64,000 nt of DNA, taken from assembly GCA_016218805.1 (NCBI GenBank), contig JACRCW010000071.1, positions 1 through 64,000 of the forward strand, in the 5' to 3' direction. The notes under the pieces are model-generated. The model worked only from the letters and a program-made list of their open reading frames with translations. It was not told the DNA's origin and searched no databases. Both the position numbers and the translations under genes were made by a program. Source of the DNA: Deltaproteobacteria bacterium (GTDB lineage: Bacteria; Myxococcota; JACRCW01). The stretch's first letter is position 1. Each line of letters starts with the position of its first letter. Positions 39,116 to 48,846 of this stretch are shown here, piece after piece.

Positions 39116-40243
39116 ATGCCGAGATCCCGCAAGACACCGCAGGTCCCCGCCATCAGGTCCGGCGCCGCTTCCGCGGCCGCCGGCTACGACCGCGTCCTCG
39201 CGGACATGGTGAGATTGCTGGAGGCCGCCCGCCGGGCCGCGGCGCGCTCCGTCAACGCCATCATGACGGTCACCTACTGGCAGGTGGGGCGGCGCATCGT
39301 GGAGGAGGAGCAGGGCGGCAAGCGCCGCGCCGGCTACGGCGAGGAACTCATGGAACGTCTGTCCCAAGACCTGTCGAAACGTTTTGGGCGCGGGTTCGGC
39401 CGGCGCAACCTGGAACAGATGCGCAGCTGTTTTTTGGCGTGGCCAATTCCGCAACCGGCGATTGCGGAATCTTCTGACCCGGGGGAACTGGCCAAGCGTT
39501 TCCCGCTCCCGTGGACGGCCTACGTCCGCCTGCTGGCCGTCCGCGACCCCAAGGCCCGCCGGTTCTATGAGGAGGAGGCCCTTCGCGGCGGCTGGACCGT
39601 GCGCCAACTTGAGCGGCAGATCGGGAGCCAGTTCTACACACGCACCCTCGCCTCCCGTAACAAGGCGGCCATGCTCACCAAGGGCGCCAGGGCCAAGCCC
39701 GAAGACCAGGTGACCGCCGAGGAGGAGATCAAGAGCCCCTACGTCCTGGAGTTCCTGGGGCTCAAGGACGAGTACTCGGAGAGCGAGCTGGAGGAGGCCC
39801 TCATCCGGCACATGGAGACCTTCCTGCTGGAGCTGGGCGGGGACTTCACGTTCGTCGGGCGCCAGAAGCGCCTCCGGCTTGATGACCAGTGGTTCCGCAT
39901 TGACCTGGTGTTCTTCCACCGGCGGTTGCGGTGCCTGGTGCTCATTGACCTCAAGCTCAACGACCTGACCAGCGGCGACGTCGGGCAGATGCACCTGTAC
40001 TGCAACTACGCCCGCCGGCACTGGACCCACGAGGACGAGAATCCCCCCGTGGGGCTCATCCTGTGCGGCGGCAAGGGGCGCGCCCTGGCCGAGTACGCGC
40101 TGGAAGGCCTCCCCAACAAGGTGCTCGCCGCCGAGTACCGCACCGCCCTGCCCGACGAGAAGGTGCTGGTGCAGGAGATGGAGAAGACGCGCACGCTTCT
40201 GGAACACCGCCAGCGCGGTCCCCGCAACCCCACCACCACCTGA
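39116..40243 (+). CDS. yhcG: YhcG/DUF1016 PD-(D/E)xK nuclease family protein
   Basis: YWQVGRRIVEEEQ.G..RAGYG, LPWTAY, KSPYVLEFLGL, FLLELG.DF.FVGRQ, IDLK, GQMHLY, ENPPVGLILC. Confidence 0.95.
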   Translation: MPRSRKTPQVPAIRSGAASAAAGYDRVLADMVRLLEAARRAAARSVNAIMTVTYWQVGRRIVEEEQGGKRRAGYGEELMERLSQDLSKRFGRGFGRRNLEQMRSCFLAWPIPQPAIAESSDPGELAKRFPLPWTAYVRLLAVRDPKARRFYEEEALRGGWTVRQLERQIGSQFYTRTLASRNKAAMLTKGARAKPEDQVTAEEEIKSPYVLEFLGLKDEYSESELEEALIRHMETFLLELGGDFTFVGRQKRLRLDDQWFRIDLVFFHRRLRCLVLIDLKLNDLTSGDVGQMHLYCNYARRHWTHEDENPPVGLILCGGKGRALAEYALEGLPNKVLAAEYRTALPDEKVLVQEMEKTRTLLEHRQRGPRNPTTT

Positions 40244-40330
40244 CCATCCACCCTCCTGAAAACACCGGCTCCGCTCTTCCGCGGCCGGGCCGCCGCGCGC
40301 CGGGAGGCCAGGAAGGGCGGCTCCGGGGGT

Positions 40331-40432
40331 TGAGCGCCTTGTCGGCGTTTCCCGCAGGGGCCTAGCGTCGCGGCTTCCGGAGGGAAGCCATGACCGTCAT
40401 TGAATCCCGCTTGGACACCGTCACGCTGTACC
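40331..40432 (+). repeat. 102-bp direct repeat, copy 2 (contains the functional start of the DUF4139 gene)
   Basis: Matches 38736-38837; encodes MTVIESRLDTVTLY. Confidence 0.95.
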
Positions 40433-42597
40433 ACCAGGGTGCGCGCGTGGTGCGCACGCTGGCCGTCACCGCGGTGGACGGGAAGCTCCCCGCCAGCATT
40501 GAGGTCCCGCGGCTGCCGCTGGCGCTGTTTGACCCCACCGTGCGCGTGCGCGTGGCGCGCGTGGACGGAGACGCCGCGGACGTGACCGCCGCGCAGCTCC
40601 GGGTGGGGTTGTGGATCCCGCCGCGGGATGCGCCGCTGGACACGCCGGAGGAGGCGCGCATCCGCGCCGTGCGGCGGGACATCCAGCGTGCGGAGGGGCA
40701 GCTGCAGCAGTTGGCATGGGAGGCCGGCCAATTGGCGGGGATCCCCATCCCGGACCGGCCCACCGGGGAGGACGGGCGTGCGCCGCCGCCTTCGCCCACG
40801 GGCGCGCGCGTGCTGCTGGAGGAGTTTGTGCAGGAGGGTGTGCGGGCGCGCCTGGCCGAGGAGCGCGCCCACCGCGAGAAGCTGCGCCTGCTGCGCGAGG
40901 ACCTTGCCGTGCTGGAGGAGAAGTTGGCGCGGGCCTCCAGCGCGCGCGAGGTGCGCGCGTCCGACCTGTTCAAGAGCGTGACGGTGGAGTTGGTGCAGCG
41001 GGGTGGCGCGGTGCGCAGCGCGGAGCTGGAGCTGGAGTACCTGGTGCCAGGCGCGCGTTGGGCGCCGGCCTACCAGTGCCGCATGGCGCGTGATTGCCGC
41101 TCGGCGGAGCTCATCATGCGCGCCTCCATCTGCCAGCAAACGGGTGAAGACTGGAAGGGCGTGAAAGTGATCCTGTCCACGGCGGCGCCGCTGTCCTGGA
41201 CGGAGATCCCGGAGTTGTCCGCGGTGCGCATTGGGCGCGCGCAGCCGCCAGCGCCGGGCAAGGCCGGATTCCGGCCGCCGCCGCAGGGCGGGCAGAGCCT
41301 GTTTGCCGACTACGACCGCGACCGTGGCCGGCTGGCGCACGCGCTGTCGGCGCCGGCGTCCTACAGCGCGCCCCTGCTGGCGGTGCCCGGCGGACCGACC
41401 TTGCGGGCCGGCGGGGTGGACAAGAGCGCGGACCGCAAGCGCGCCGTGCGTGCCGCGCGCATGGAGCGGGAGATGACGCCCGTTGGCGAGTTGGATGGCG
41501 CCCTGGCGGAGGACGACTTTGCCGAGATGGCCGCGGATGACGCGCCCGCCATGATGATGGAGGAGCCGCCGCCACCACCACCACCGCCGTCACCACCGCC
41601 CGCGCGGATGATGGCCAAGGCCGCCGCCGCGCCCATGGCGGCCAAGCCGGCGTCTGCGGGGGCACCGCGTGGACGGCCGGGCGCCGGCGGCGCCGTCCCG
41701 CGCGAGGGATTGGAGATTGCGGTGTTTGCGCACCTGCGTCTGCCTGAGCCCAGCGACGGCGGTGCGCGTGGCCGCCTGTCCCCGGTGGACACGCGGCGGC
41801 AGTACCAGGAGAGCCTGACGCGGATGGACATCACGGTGTCATTTGACGTGATGAGCGTGGTGGCGGAGGCGGAGCGCCGCGCGGGTGCGGCGGCGCGCGT
41901 CCCGTTGCCGGCGGGTTGCGTGGACGTGCGGCAGGCGGGCGGGCACTTTGACTTCTCCTACGAGGCGGACAACCGCGTGGACGTGCCCTCGGACGGTGCG
42001 TTCCACTCCGTGCCGGTGGGGACGCGCACCGCGGACGCCACGGTGGTGTACGTGGTGGTTCCGCGGGAGGACACGCAGGTGTTCCGGCAGGCCATGGTGC
42101 AGAACCCGCGGGTGTCACCCATCATCACCGGGCCCGCGGAGGTGTACGTGGCTGGGGAATACGTGTTGTCCACCACGCTGCCCACCGTGCCCCCGCGCGG
42201 CGAGTTCAAGCTGGGCCTGGGCGTGGAACAGGCCATCCGGTGCGCGCGCAACGCCAAGTTCCGCGAAGCGCGCAGCGGCACCAAGGTGGTGGCCACCACG
42301 GAGCTCTGGCACGACCTGGCGGTGGACCTGGTGAACAACCTGGACCGCGAGGTCACCTGCGAGGTGCGCGAGCGCATCCCGCAGCCGGCGGAGAACGCCG
42401 AGGTGGTGGTGGAGGAGGGCGAGGTGAGCCCGGCATGGGAGGCGTATGACCAGTCGGAGCGGTCGCGCTCGCTCGTGGGCGGGCGGCGCTGGCGCGTGGA
42501 CATCCCCGCGCACGGGAGCCTGGCGCTGAAGGCGCAGTACGTGGTGAAGCTGTACGCGCAGAATGAGCTTGAGGGCGGGAACCGGAGGGAAGCATGA
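40390..42597 (+). CDS. DUF4140/DUF4139 domain protein (long form)
   Basis: VTLY..GARV.R, LEYLVPGARWAPAY, QQTGEDW..V...LSTA, VPSDG..H, LGLGVE. Confidence 0.9.
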   Translation: MTVIESRLDTVTLYHQGARVVRTLAVTAVDGKLPASIEVPRLPLALFDPTVRVRVARVDGDAADVTAAQLRVGLWIPPRDAPLDTPEEARIRAVRRDIQRAEGQLQQLAWEAGQLAGIPIPDRPTGEDGRAPPPSPTGARVLLEEFVQEGVRARLAEERAHREKLRLLREDLAVLEEKLARASSAREVRASDLFKSVTVELVQRGGAVRSAELELEYLVPGARWAPAYQCRMARDCRSAELIMRASICQQTGEDWKGVKVILSTAAPLSWTEIPELSAVRIGRAQPPAPGKAGFRPPPQGGQSLFADYDRDRGRLAHALSAPASYSAPLLAVPGGPTLRAGGVDKSADRKRAVRAARMEREMTPVGELDGALAEDDFAEMAADDAPAMMMEEPPPPPPPPSPPPARMMAKAAAAPMAAKPASAGAPRGRPGAGGAVPREGLEIAVFAHLRLPEPSDGGARGRLSPVDTRRQYQESLTRMDITVSFDVMSVVAEAERRAGAAARVPLPAGCVDVRQAGGHFDFSYEADNRVDVPSDGAFHSVPVGTRTADATVVYVVVPREDTQVFRQAMVQNPRVSPIITGPAEVYVAGEYVLSTTLPTVPPRGEFKLGLGVEQAIRCARNAKFREARSGTKVVATTELWHDLAVDLVNNLDREVTCEVRERIPQPAENAEVVVEEGEVSPAWEAYDQSERSRSLVGGRRWRVDIPAHGSLALKAQYVVKLYAQNELEGGNRREA

Positions 42598-44204
42598 CCA
42601 CCGTGACGCAGGAGCCGCTGGCTGAGCGGCATGATCCCCCCGTCCCGGCGGACGCGCAGCGCGCGGTGGCGCCGGTGGTGTCCGTCACGCTGCTGGAGGA
42701 CCGCGCGCAGGTGAGCCGGCGCGGGCGGGTCAACCTGCACAAGGGGCAGAACCGCCTGGTGGTGGCGGACGTGGCGCCGGTGCTGCAGGACGTGTCGGTG
42801 CGGGGTTCCATCACCGGGCCCACGGCGCGCGTGGTGGACGTGGGGGTGCGGCGGGCCATGCGCATCCGGACGGTGGACAAGCCCGCGGCCGCGCGTGAGC
42901 TGGAGGAGCGCATCCGCGCGCTGGCCGAGCAGCACCGCCAGCTCACGGAAGACCATGACCGGGCGCAGCAGGAGCTGTCCCGGGTGGCGGAGATCATCCA
43001 GCGCGGCCTGGGCGAGATTCCCGAGGACGCCGGCTGGGGCCTGGGGGGCGCGGCGCAGTGGAAGGACACGTTCCGCACGTTGTTTGACCGCGCGCGGGCG
43101 CTGCGCGCGGAGGTGCAGGAGGCGGGTTTCCGCGCGGAGGAACTGGCGCGCGAAGTGGACGCGCTTGCCGGTCAGCGGCGGGCGCTGGACCGCGTGGACA
43201 GCCGCCTGGTGGCCTGGCTGGAGGCGGACGTGCTGGCGGACGCCGACGGCGAAGTGGAACTGCAGCTGGACTACGTGGTGCCGTGCGCGCTGTGGCGGCC
43301 GCTGCACACCGCGCGGCTGTCGGACGACGGGCGGCTCCGGTTCTCGTCGTCCGCCGCGGTGTGGCAGAACACCGGTGAGGACTGGAAGGACGCGGCGCTG
43401 TCCTTTTCCACGGCGCGTTCGTCCCTGGGGACGGAGCCGCCGCTGCTGGCGGATGACCTGCTGGCCGCGCGCAAGAAGGCTGACCAGGTGGTGGTGGCCG
43501 CCCGGGAGGTGGCGGTGCAGCGGGCGGGCCTGGGCAGCGGGCCCTCCGGTGGTACGGCGCCGCCCTCCGGCGTGGAACTCCCGGGCGTGGATGACGGCGG
43601 TGAGATCCGCAACCTGCGCGCTCTGGCGCCGTGCACCGTGCCGTCCGACGGGCGGCCGTGTGTCATCCCGTTGTTCTCGTTTGACGACGCCGCGGAGGTG
43701 GCCCGCGTCTGCTATCCGGAGTTGGACCCCAAGGTGTTCCTGAAGGTGACCGCGCGCAACACGGGCGCCCACCCGGTCCTGGCCGGCCCGGTGGAGCTCA
43801 TGATGCACAACGGGTTTGTTGGCTACACGCGCACGCTGTTTGTGGCGGCCCAAGAGAAGTTTGAGCTGGGGTTTGGCCCGGATGACGCGGTGCGCGTGGT
43901 CCGGCGCGACAGCGAGGAGACCGAGCAGGACCCCGTCTCCAAGTGGAACGTGCACACGCGCTCCGTGGTCCTCTACCTGTCCAACCTCTCCGGCGACGCG
44001 CGGAAGGTGGACGTGGTGGAGCGCCTGCCCGTCAGCGAACTGGAACACGTCAAGGTCACGCTGGTGGCGGACAAGACCACCGGGGCGCCCAAACTGGACG
44101 ACAACGGGTTCTGCCGCTGGCAGACGGACCTGGCGGGCAACGCGCACCTGCGGTTGCTGATGCGCTACCGGCTGTCCACGGCGCCGGGTGTCCAGGGCCT
44201 GTGA
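42594..44204 (+). CDS. DUF4140/DUF4139 (MuiA-like) family protein
   Basis: VTLLEDRAQVSR, YVVPCALWRP, WQNTGEDW, VPSDGRP, LGFGPD, ERLPVSE; ATGA overlap. Confidence 0.9.
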   Translation: MTTVTQEPLAERHDPPVPADAQRAVAPVVSVTLLEDRAQVSRRGRVNLHKGQNRLVVADVAPVLQDVSVRGSITGPTARVVDVGVRRAMRIRTVDKPAAARELEERIRALAEQHRQLTEDHDRAQQELSRVAEIIQRGLGEIPEDAGWGLGGAAQWKDTFRTLFDRARALRAEVQEAGFRAEELAREVDALAGQRRALDRVDSRLVAWLEADVLADADGEVELQLDYVVPCALWRPLHTARLSDDGRLRFSSSAAVWQNTGEDWKDAALSFSTARSSLGTEPPLLADDLLAARKKADQVVVAAREVAVQRAGLGSGPSGGTAPPSGVELPGVDDGGEIRNLRALAPCTVPSDGRPCVIPLFSFDDAAEVARVCYPELDPKVFLKVTARNTGAHPVLAGPVELMMHNGFVGYTRTLFVAAQEKFELGFGPDDAVRVVRRDSEETEQDPVSKWNVHTRSVVLYLSNLSGDARKVDVVERLPVSELEHVKVTLVADKTTGAPKLDDNGFCRWQTDLAGNAHLRLLMRYRLSTAPGVQGL

Positions 44205-44403
44205 TCGGGATCGCGTGGCCGTTCGGCACACGCACGCCGTCACCGCTGACAGGCCTGTCGCGCGGAGTCCCGGGATCCACAATTTGCCGCATGGGAACGG
44301 CCCGCAGCGCGCCCCGCACCGGGCCGCGGCCCGCGCAAAGCCCCCGTTCATGCAGGAAAAACCGCGCGCGTGGGCGGGGGTGATCGCGGCGCGCACACGC
44401 CGC

Positions 44404-44418
44404 GGGCACGGCGGTTGC
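44404..44418 (+). promoter_or_regulatory. putative sigma54 -24/-12 promoter upstream of the diguanylate cyclase
   Basis: GGGCACGGCGGTTGC = GGCACG-N4-TTGC in an intergenic region, oriented toward 44592. Confidence 0.5.
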
Positions 44419-44591
44419 GTTACCCCACCCGGGCAGCCGGAACGCGGCCCGGGAAGGTGAAGCATGAGGACGGCACTGGTGGTGAACTTGGAAGGCGGCG
44501 CACGGACGCGGGGCGAACTGCCCCAACCCGCGTGGGTGTCGCTGGGCCGGTCAGGCCGCCCGCCGCGCCGCCACGGAGCGGGAGCCACGCC

Positions 44592-45518
44592 ATGAAGACC
44601 GTCCTGCACGGTGAAGCGGCGCGCGCCTGCGCGCCCTGGGTCGGGTCGCTTGGGTTGGTGCCGGTGGAACAGGGCGCGCCCGCGGGCCTGGTGTTGTGTG
44701 ACGTCACCGCGGAAGACGCGGGCCCGCTGCTCTCCCGGCGGCGCGCCACGTCAACCGGGCAGCCCTGGGTGATTGCGCTGCTGCCGCCTTCGCGCTTGGA
44801 CGAGGTGGGCCGCTGGCTGGCGGCGGGCGCGGATGACTGCCTCATCACGCCGGTGGAACCGGACACGCTGCGCACCCGGTTGGCCGTGGCGCGTTGCCAC
44901 GCCGAGGCGCGTTGGCGCGTGGAGTCAGACCTGCGGCGCCTGCGCGCGGAGCGGGACGCCTACCGGGCCCGCGCGCGGACGGATGCGCTCACGGGGCTGG
45001 GCAACCGGTCGGCCCTGGAGGAGGCGCTGGCCGAGGCGGCCTCCGAGTACGCGCGCCACGGCGTGCCGTTCGCGCTGTCGATCGTCGACGTGGATCATTT
45101 CAAGGCGTTCAACGACGCGCACGGTCACCTGGAGGGCGACCGCGCGCTGGTGGAGGTGGCGCGCGCGCTGCGTGATGCCACGCGCCGCGGGGATGGCTGC
45201 TTCCGGTTTGGTGGCGAGGAGTTTGTGGTGCTCCACCGCCACGCGACCACCGCCGATGCGCAGCAGGCGGCGGAGCGCATCCTGGAGCACATCCGTGGGC
45301 TGGCGGTGGCGCACCCCAGTTCGCCCCACCGGGTGCTGACGGTCAGCGCCGGCGTGGCGGTCCTCCACGCCACGGATGACGGCGTGGCCCGCTGGCTGGC
45401 CCGCGCGGACGCCGCGCTCTACGAGGCCAAGGCGCGGGGCCGCAACACGCTGGTCACCGCGGCGGCGCCGGCGGGGCTGGACGCGCTGACGCGGCCCGAA
45501 GCGCTTGCCTGCGCCTGA
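44592..45518 (+). CDS. diguanylate cyclase with degenerate N-terminal REC domain
   Basis: TDALTGLGNR, DVDHFKAFND..GH..GD, RRGD I-site, RFGGEEF, ADAALYEAKARGRN. Confidence 0.93.
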   Translation: MKTVLHGEAARACAPWVGSLGLVPVEQGAPAGLVLCDVTAEDAGPLLSRRRATSTGQPWVIALLPPSRLDEVGRWLAAGADDCLITPVEPDTLRTRLAVARCHAEARWRVESDLRRLRAERDAYRARARTDALTGLGNRSALEEALAEAASEYARHGVPFALSIVDVDHFKAFNDAHGHLEGDRALVEVARALRDATRRGDGCFRFGGEEFVVLHRHATTADAQQAAERILEHIRGLAVAHPSSPHRVLTVSAGVAVLHATDDGVARWLARADAALYEAKARGRNTLVTAAAPAGLDALTRPEALACA

Positions 45519-45557
45519 ACGTTGATGCGGGAGAACAACCCTCCGTAGTGTCACCCC

Positions 45558-48500
45558 GTGACGACACGGTTGCCCGGTCCGGGGGGGCGCGCCCGCCGCC
45601 TTGCCCTTGCGGCGGCGGTGGTGGGCGCCACGTGCCTGGCGGCCGCGGGGCTGGTGCTCCTGGTGACCACGGATGCGGTGGTGCGGCGGCTGGCCCAGGC
45701 GGGGCTCCAGCGCACGCTGGGCGTCTCCGTCACGGTGGGGCACGCGGAACTCCACTGGGACGGCGCCCCGGCGTTGACGCTGCTGGACGTGGCTGCCGAC
45801 CCGGGCACGGGGTGGGCGGAGCGCATCACCGTTGGGCGGGTGGAGGTGCGGACCGGCGGGCTGGGCCGGGAAGCGGGACGTTGGGCGCTGCACCTGCAGC
45901 GCGTGCGGGCGGCGGATGTGTGGGTGCAGTTGCAGGAGGAGGAGCCCCCGGAAGCGGACGCACCGCGGGAGGAGCACCTGTTGCGCTTGTTGGCGGACCC
46001 GCGGACGCGCGCGGGCCCCCTGGACGTGGTCCCTGACGAGGTGGCGCTGGTGGGGGCCACGGTGGTGGTGCGCACCGAGCAGGTCCACCGCCCCGTGCTG
46101 GAGGATGCGGAGCTGGGGACCTCCCCCGGGAATGGCGAACACGCGCGCACGTGGAACGTGACTTTCCGCGCGGGCACGCGTGGCGGCGGCGCCAACGTGC
46201 GCCTGCGCGCCACGGTGCACGCGGGGGCCGCGGACGCGCTGCCCGGCGTGGACGCGGAGGTGGAGGCGCGCGGCGTGGAGTTGGCGCGCCTGGCCGCGCT
46301 GGCCCCGCCGGGGTTTCCGGTCCCGGCGGCGGGCACGGCGGACATTGACGCGGACGTGCACTGGACGGCGGAAGGGCAATCCGCGCGGACCCAGGGCACG
46401 GCGCGCATTGCCGGGCTGGCGCTGGCGGACGGCGGCGCACCGGGGCGCCCGCTCAATGCGGTGGCAACGTGGAAGGCGGACCTGGTGGACGGCCGGCCGG
46501 TCATCCATGAGCTGGTCCTGGCGGGTGACGACGTGCGGCTGCACGTCCACGCGGGGCCGGCGCCCGGTGCGTTTGACGTGCGGGTGGAAGCGGACGCCGC
46601 GGGCGTGGCGCAGGCGCTGCCGCCCGGATGGCTGCCACCGGGCATGTCGCTGGGGGGCCGGCTGGTGGTGGAAGGCCGCGGGTCCGCGCCGGGCGGGTCA
46701 GCGGACGTGGTGGCGGATGCGCTGGCGGTGGAGCACCGCGGGGTGTTCCGGAAGGCGGCGGGCGTCCCGGCGGGCGTGCACGTGGAGTGGGAGCGCCGGC
46801 CCGAGGTGGTGCGGCTCCCGGTGATCCGGATGCGCGTGGGCGCGCTCACCCTGGAGGGAGACGCGGAGCTGGACGCGGATGACCTGGCGCCGCGGGCGCT
46901 GCAACTGGACTCCGGGGCGTTGGCGGTGGCGGACCTGCGCGGCCTGCTGCCGGGCCTGGATGCGCTGGCAGGGCGTCGTCGGGCGGGCGGCTCGGTGCGG
47001 GTGCTGGCCAGCGGTGACCGGCACGGGGCGCGCGCGGTGGTGCAGGCGGTGTCCCTGGCGGCGCGGCTGGACGCGGTGGACGTGGCGGGCGCGCTGTGGG
47101 CGGAGCTGACCGCGCGGCGCGAAGAGGACGGGACCGTGGTGGCGGCCGCCGTGCGGCTGGATGATCTGGCGGTCACCGGGCGCGGCGCCCACCGCTGGGC
47201 CAAGCCGCGGGGCGTGCCGCTGGGGGTGAACGTGGAGGCCACGGTGCACCCGGACCACATCCGCGTGACGCACGCGCGCGTGGAGGCCGGTGCCAGCACT
47301 GCCACCGTGAGCGGGACTGCCCACCGGCGGCGGAAGGGCTGGGACATTGACGGGGACACGCTGCACGGGACGGTGGTGGCGGAGAGCCTGGCGCCGGTGT
47401 TTGCGGCCGCGCAGCAGCTGCCGGCGGCCGCGCGCGCGGACTTCTCCGGCTCCTTCCGTCTGCCGGCGGGCAACCCGGCGGGCGCGGAACTGCGCCTGGC
47501 CACGCTGTCCGTGCGCAGCGGGGCGAACGAGGGCACGGGCACGCTGCGGATCACCGGGCTGGAGCGGCCGGCGGGCGAGCTGGTCCTGCGGCACTTCCAC
47601 GTGGACCAGGCGCTCATCCAACGGTGGGCGCCGGACCTGCCGGTGGCGCGGTGCAGTGGGGCGCTCACGCTCCGCGGCCGCGTGGGGGAGCCCGCCTCCG
47701 TGGTGGTGCTGTGGGAGGGCGGTGAGGCGCGGTTGGCGGGCGGCACCCTGGTGCGGGGCCGCGTAGCGGTGTCCGGGCTGGAGCGCCCGCGCGTTCAGGT
47801 GGACGTGCTGCTGGACCGGGTGGACCCGGCGCACTGGGGGCAGACGCGCGCGGCGCTGCCGGCGGGGCTGCAGGTGGGGGGCCGCGTGCGCGTGGCCCGG
47901 GTTGACGTGGACCCGCCGGTGGAAGCGGTGGACGCCTCGTTCCTCTACCGGGACAGGAAGCTGGCGTTGCAGGCGCTGTCACTGCGGCTGTTGGACGGGC
48001 GGCTGGTCGCGGACTCGTCCACGGTGGACCTGGCGGGTGAGGTGCCCGCCTACCAGGTGCGCGCATCCGTGGAGTCCGTGGATCCCGCGCCGCTGTTCAA
48101 CCGTCCCGGCCGCCGGGCACTGGAGGGCCGCATCTCCGCGGACCTGGACCTGCGTGCGCGCGGCGCCACGCTGCCCGCGCTGCTGCAGTCCGCCGCCGGG
48201 CCCGTGGCGTTCCGCTTTCATGAGTTGGTGTTGCACCGCGTGGACCTGTTGTCCGGTTTCCAGCTGCCGGAAGGTGCGGGGCGCGTGCTGGCCGAGCGCC
48301 GCGGTGACCCCGAGCCCACCGTCCTGCACGACGGCGCCGGGACCGGGACGCTGGCGGGGGGCAAGCTGCGCATCGTGCAGCCGGTGGACACGCGCACCAA
48401 CTTCGGGTCGCTGCAGCTGGCGGGGACCATTGACGTGCACGGTGAGCTGGACCTGGCGGGGACCGCGGAGCTTTCCCCCGACGCCATGGAGCGGATGACC

Positions 48501-48839
48501 CGCGGTACCTTCCGCCCGCGCACCGCGGGGCGCACGCCGGTGCGCCTGTCCGGGCGCCCCGGGGAGATTGGCATTCACGACGTGGACGCGCGCATGTTCC
48601 TCAAGGACGAGGAGGTCCCCACGCTGCTGGAGGCTGCGGGCCGGCTGGCGGCGGAGGGGCGGGAGCGGGCCCGCGCCCGGGCGGCGGCGGACGTGGCGCG
48701 CATCCGGGAGCGCATGGCGCAGGGGCGCCAGGACCTGGACGAAGAAGCCCGCCGCACGGCTGACGATTTCCGCGTGTTTCTGGGCGCGCCGTGGCCGACC
48801 ACCGACGGCGGTTGGCCCGCCCCGCCACCCCTGCCGTGA
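45558..48839 (+). CDS. AsmA-like family protein
   Basis: N-terminal TM anchor, long repeated beta-strand pattern, C-terminal GTI...G.LDL.G AsmA-like region. Confidence 0.65.
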   Translation: MTTRLPGPGGRARRLALAAAVVGATCLAAAGLVLLVTTDAVVRRLAQAGLQRTLGVSVTVGHAELHWDGAPALTLLDVAADPGTGWAERITVGRVEVRTGGLGREAGRWALHLQRVRAADVWVQLQEEEPPEADAPREEHLLRLLADPRTRAGPLDVVPDEVALVGATVVVRTEQVHRPVLEDAELGTSPGNGEHARTWNVTFRAGTRGGGANVRLRATVHAGAADALPGVDAEVEARGVELARLAALAPPGFPVPAAGTADIDADVHWTAEGQSARTQGTARIAGLALADGGAPGRPLNAVATWKADLVDGRPVIHELVLAGDDVRLHVHAGPAPGAFDVRVEADAAGVAQALPPGWLPPGMSLGGRLVVEGRGSAPGGSADVVADALAVEHRGVFRKAAGVPAGVHVEWERRPEVVRLPVIRMRVGALTLEGDAELDADDLAPRALQLDSGALAVADLRGLLPGLDALAGRRRAGGSVRVLASGDRHGARAVVQAVSLAARLDAVDVAGALWAELTARREEDGTVVAAAVRLDDLAVTGRGAHRWAKPRGVPLGVNVEATVHPDHIRVTHARVEAGASTATVSGTAHRRRKGWDIDGDTLHGTVVAESLAPVFAAAQQLPAAARADFSGSFRLPAGNPAGAELRLATLSVRSGANEGTGTLRITGLERPAGELVLRHFHVDQALIQRWAPDLPVARCSGALTLRGRVGEPASVVVLWEGGEARLAGGTLVRGRVAVSGLERPRVQVDVLLDRVDPAHWGQTRAALPAGLQVGGRVRVARVDVDPPVEAVDASFLYRDRKLALQALSLRLLDGRLVADSSTVDLAGEVPAYQVRASVESVDPAPLFNRPGRRALEGRISADLDLRARGATLPALLQSAAGPVAFRFHELVLHRVDLLSGFQLPEGAGRVLAERRGDPEPTVLHDGAGTGTLAGGKLRIVQPVDTRTNFGSLQLAGTIDVHGELDLAGTAELSPDAMERMTRGTFRPRTAGRTPVRLSGRPGEIGIHDVDARMFLKDEEVPTLLEAAGRLAAEGRERARARAAADVARIRERMAQGRQDLDEEARRTADDFRVFLGAPWPTTDGGWPAPPPLP

Positions 48840-48846
48840 GGCAGCC

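Noticed and set aside
38842..39153. 103-aa minus-strand ORF inside the yhcG insert
   Set aside because: No recognisable motif or RBS, atypical codons, overlaps the yhcG start
38736..40432. DGR template/variable repeat pair
   Set aside because: Mismatches are not adenine-specific (include C/G, T/C, T/G), the repeat covers a gene start, and no reverse transcriptase is in the window
41565..41602. CCG/CCA trinucleotide repeat
   Set aside because: Encodes a poly-proline linker in the DUF4139 protein
44272..44281. DnaA-box-like GGATCCACA
   Set aside because: Single copy with two mismatches and no origin context
44325..44360. c-di-GMP-I riboswitch (GCGCAAAGCC) upstream of the GGDEF gene
   Set aside because: The upstream GGCAAAC..GAAA stem is absent; only a short word match
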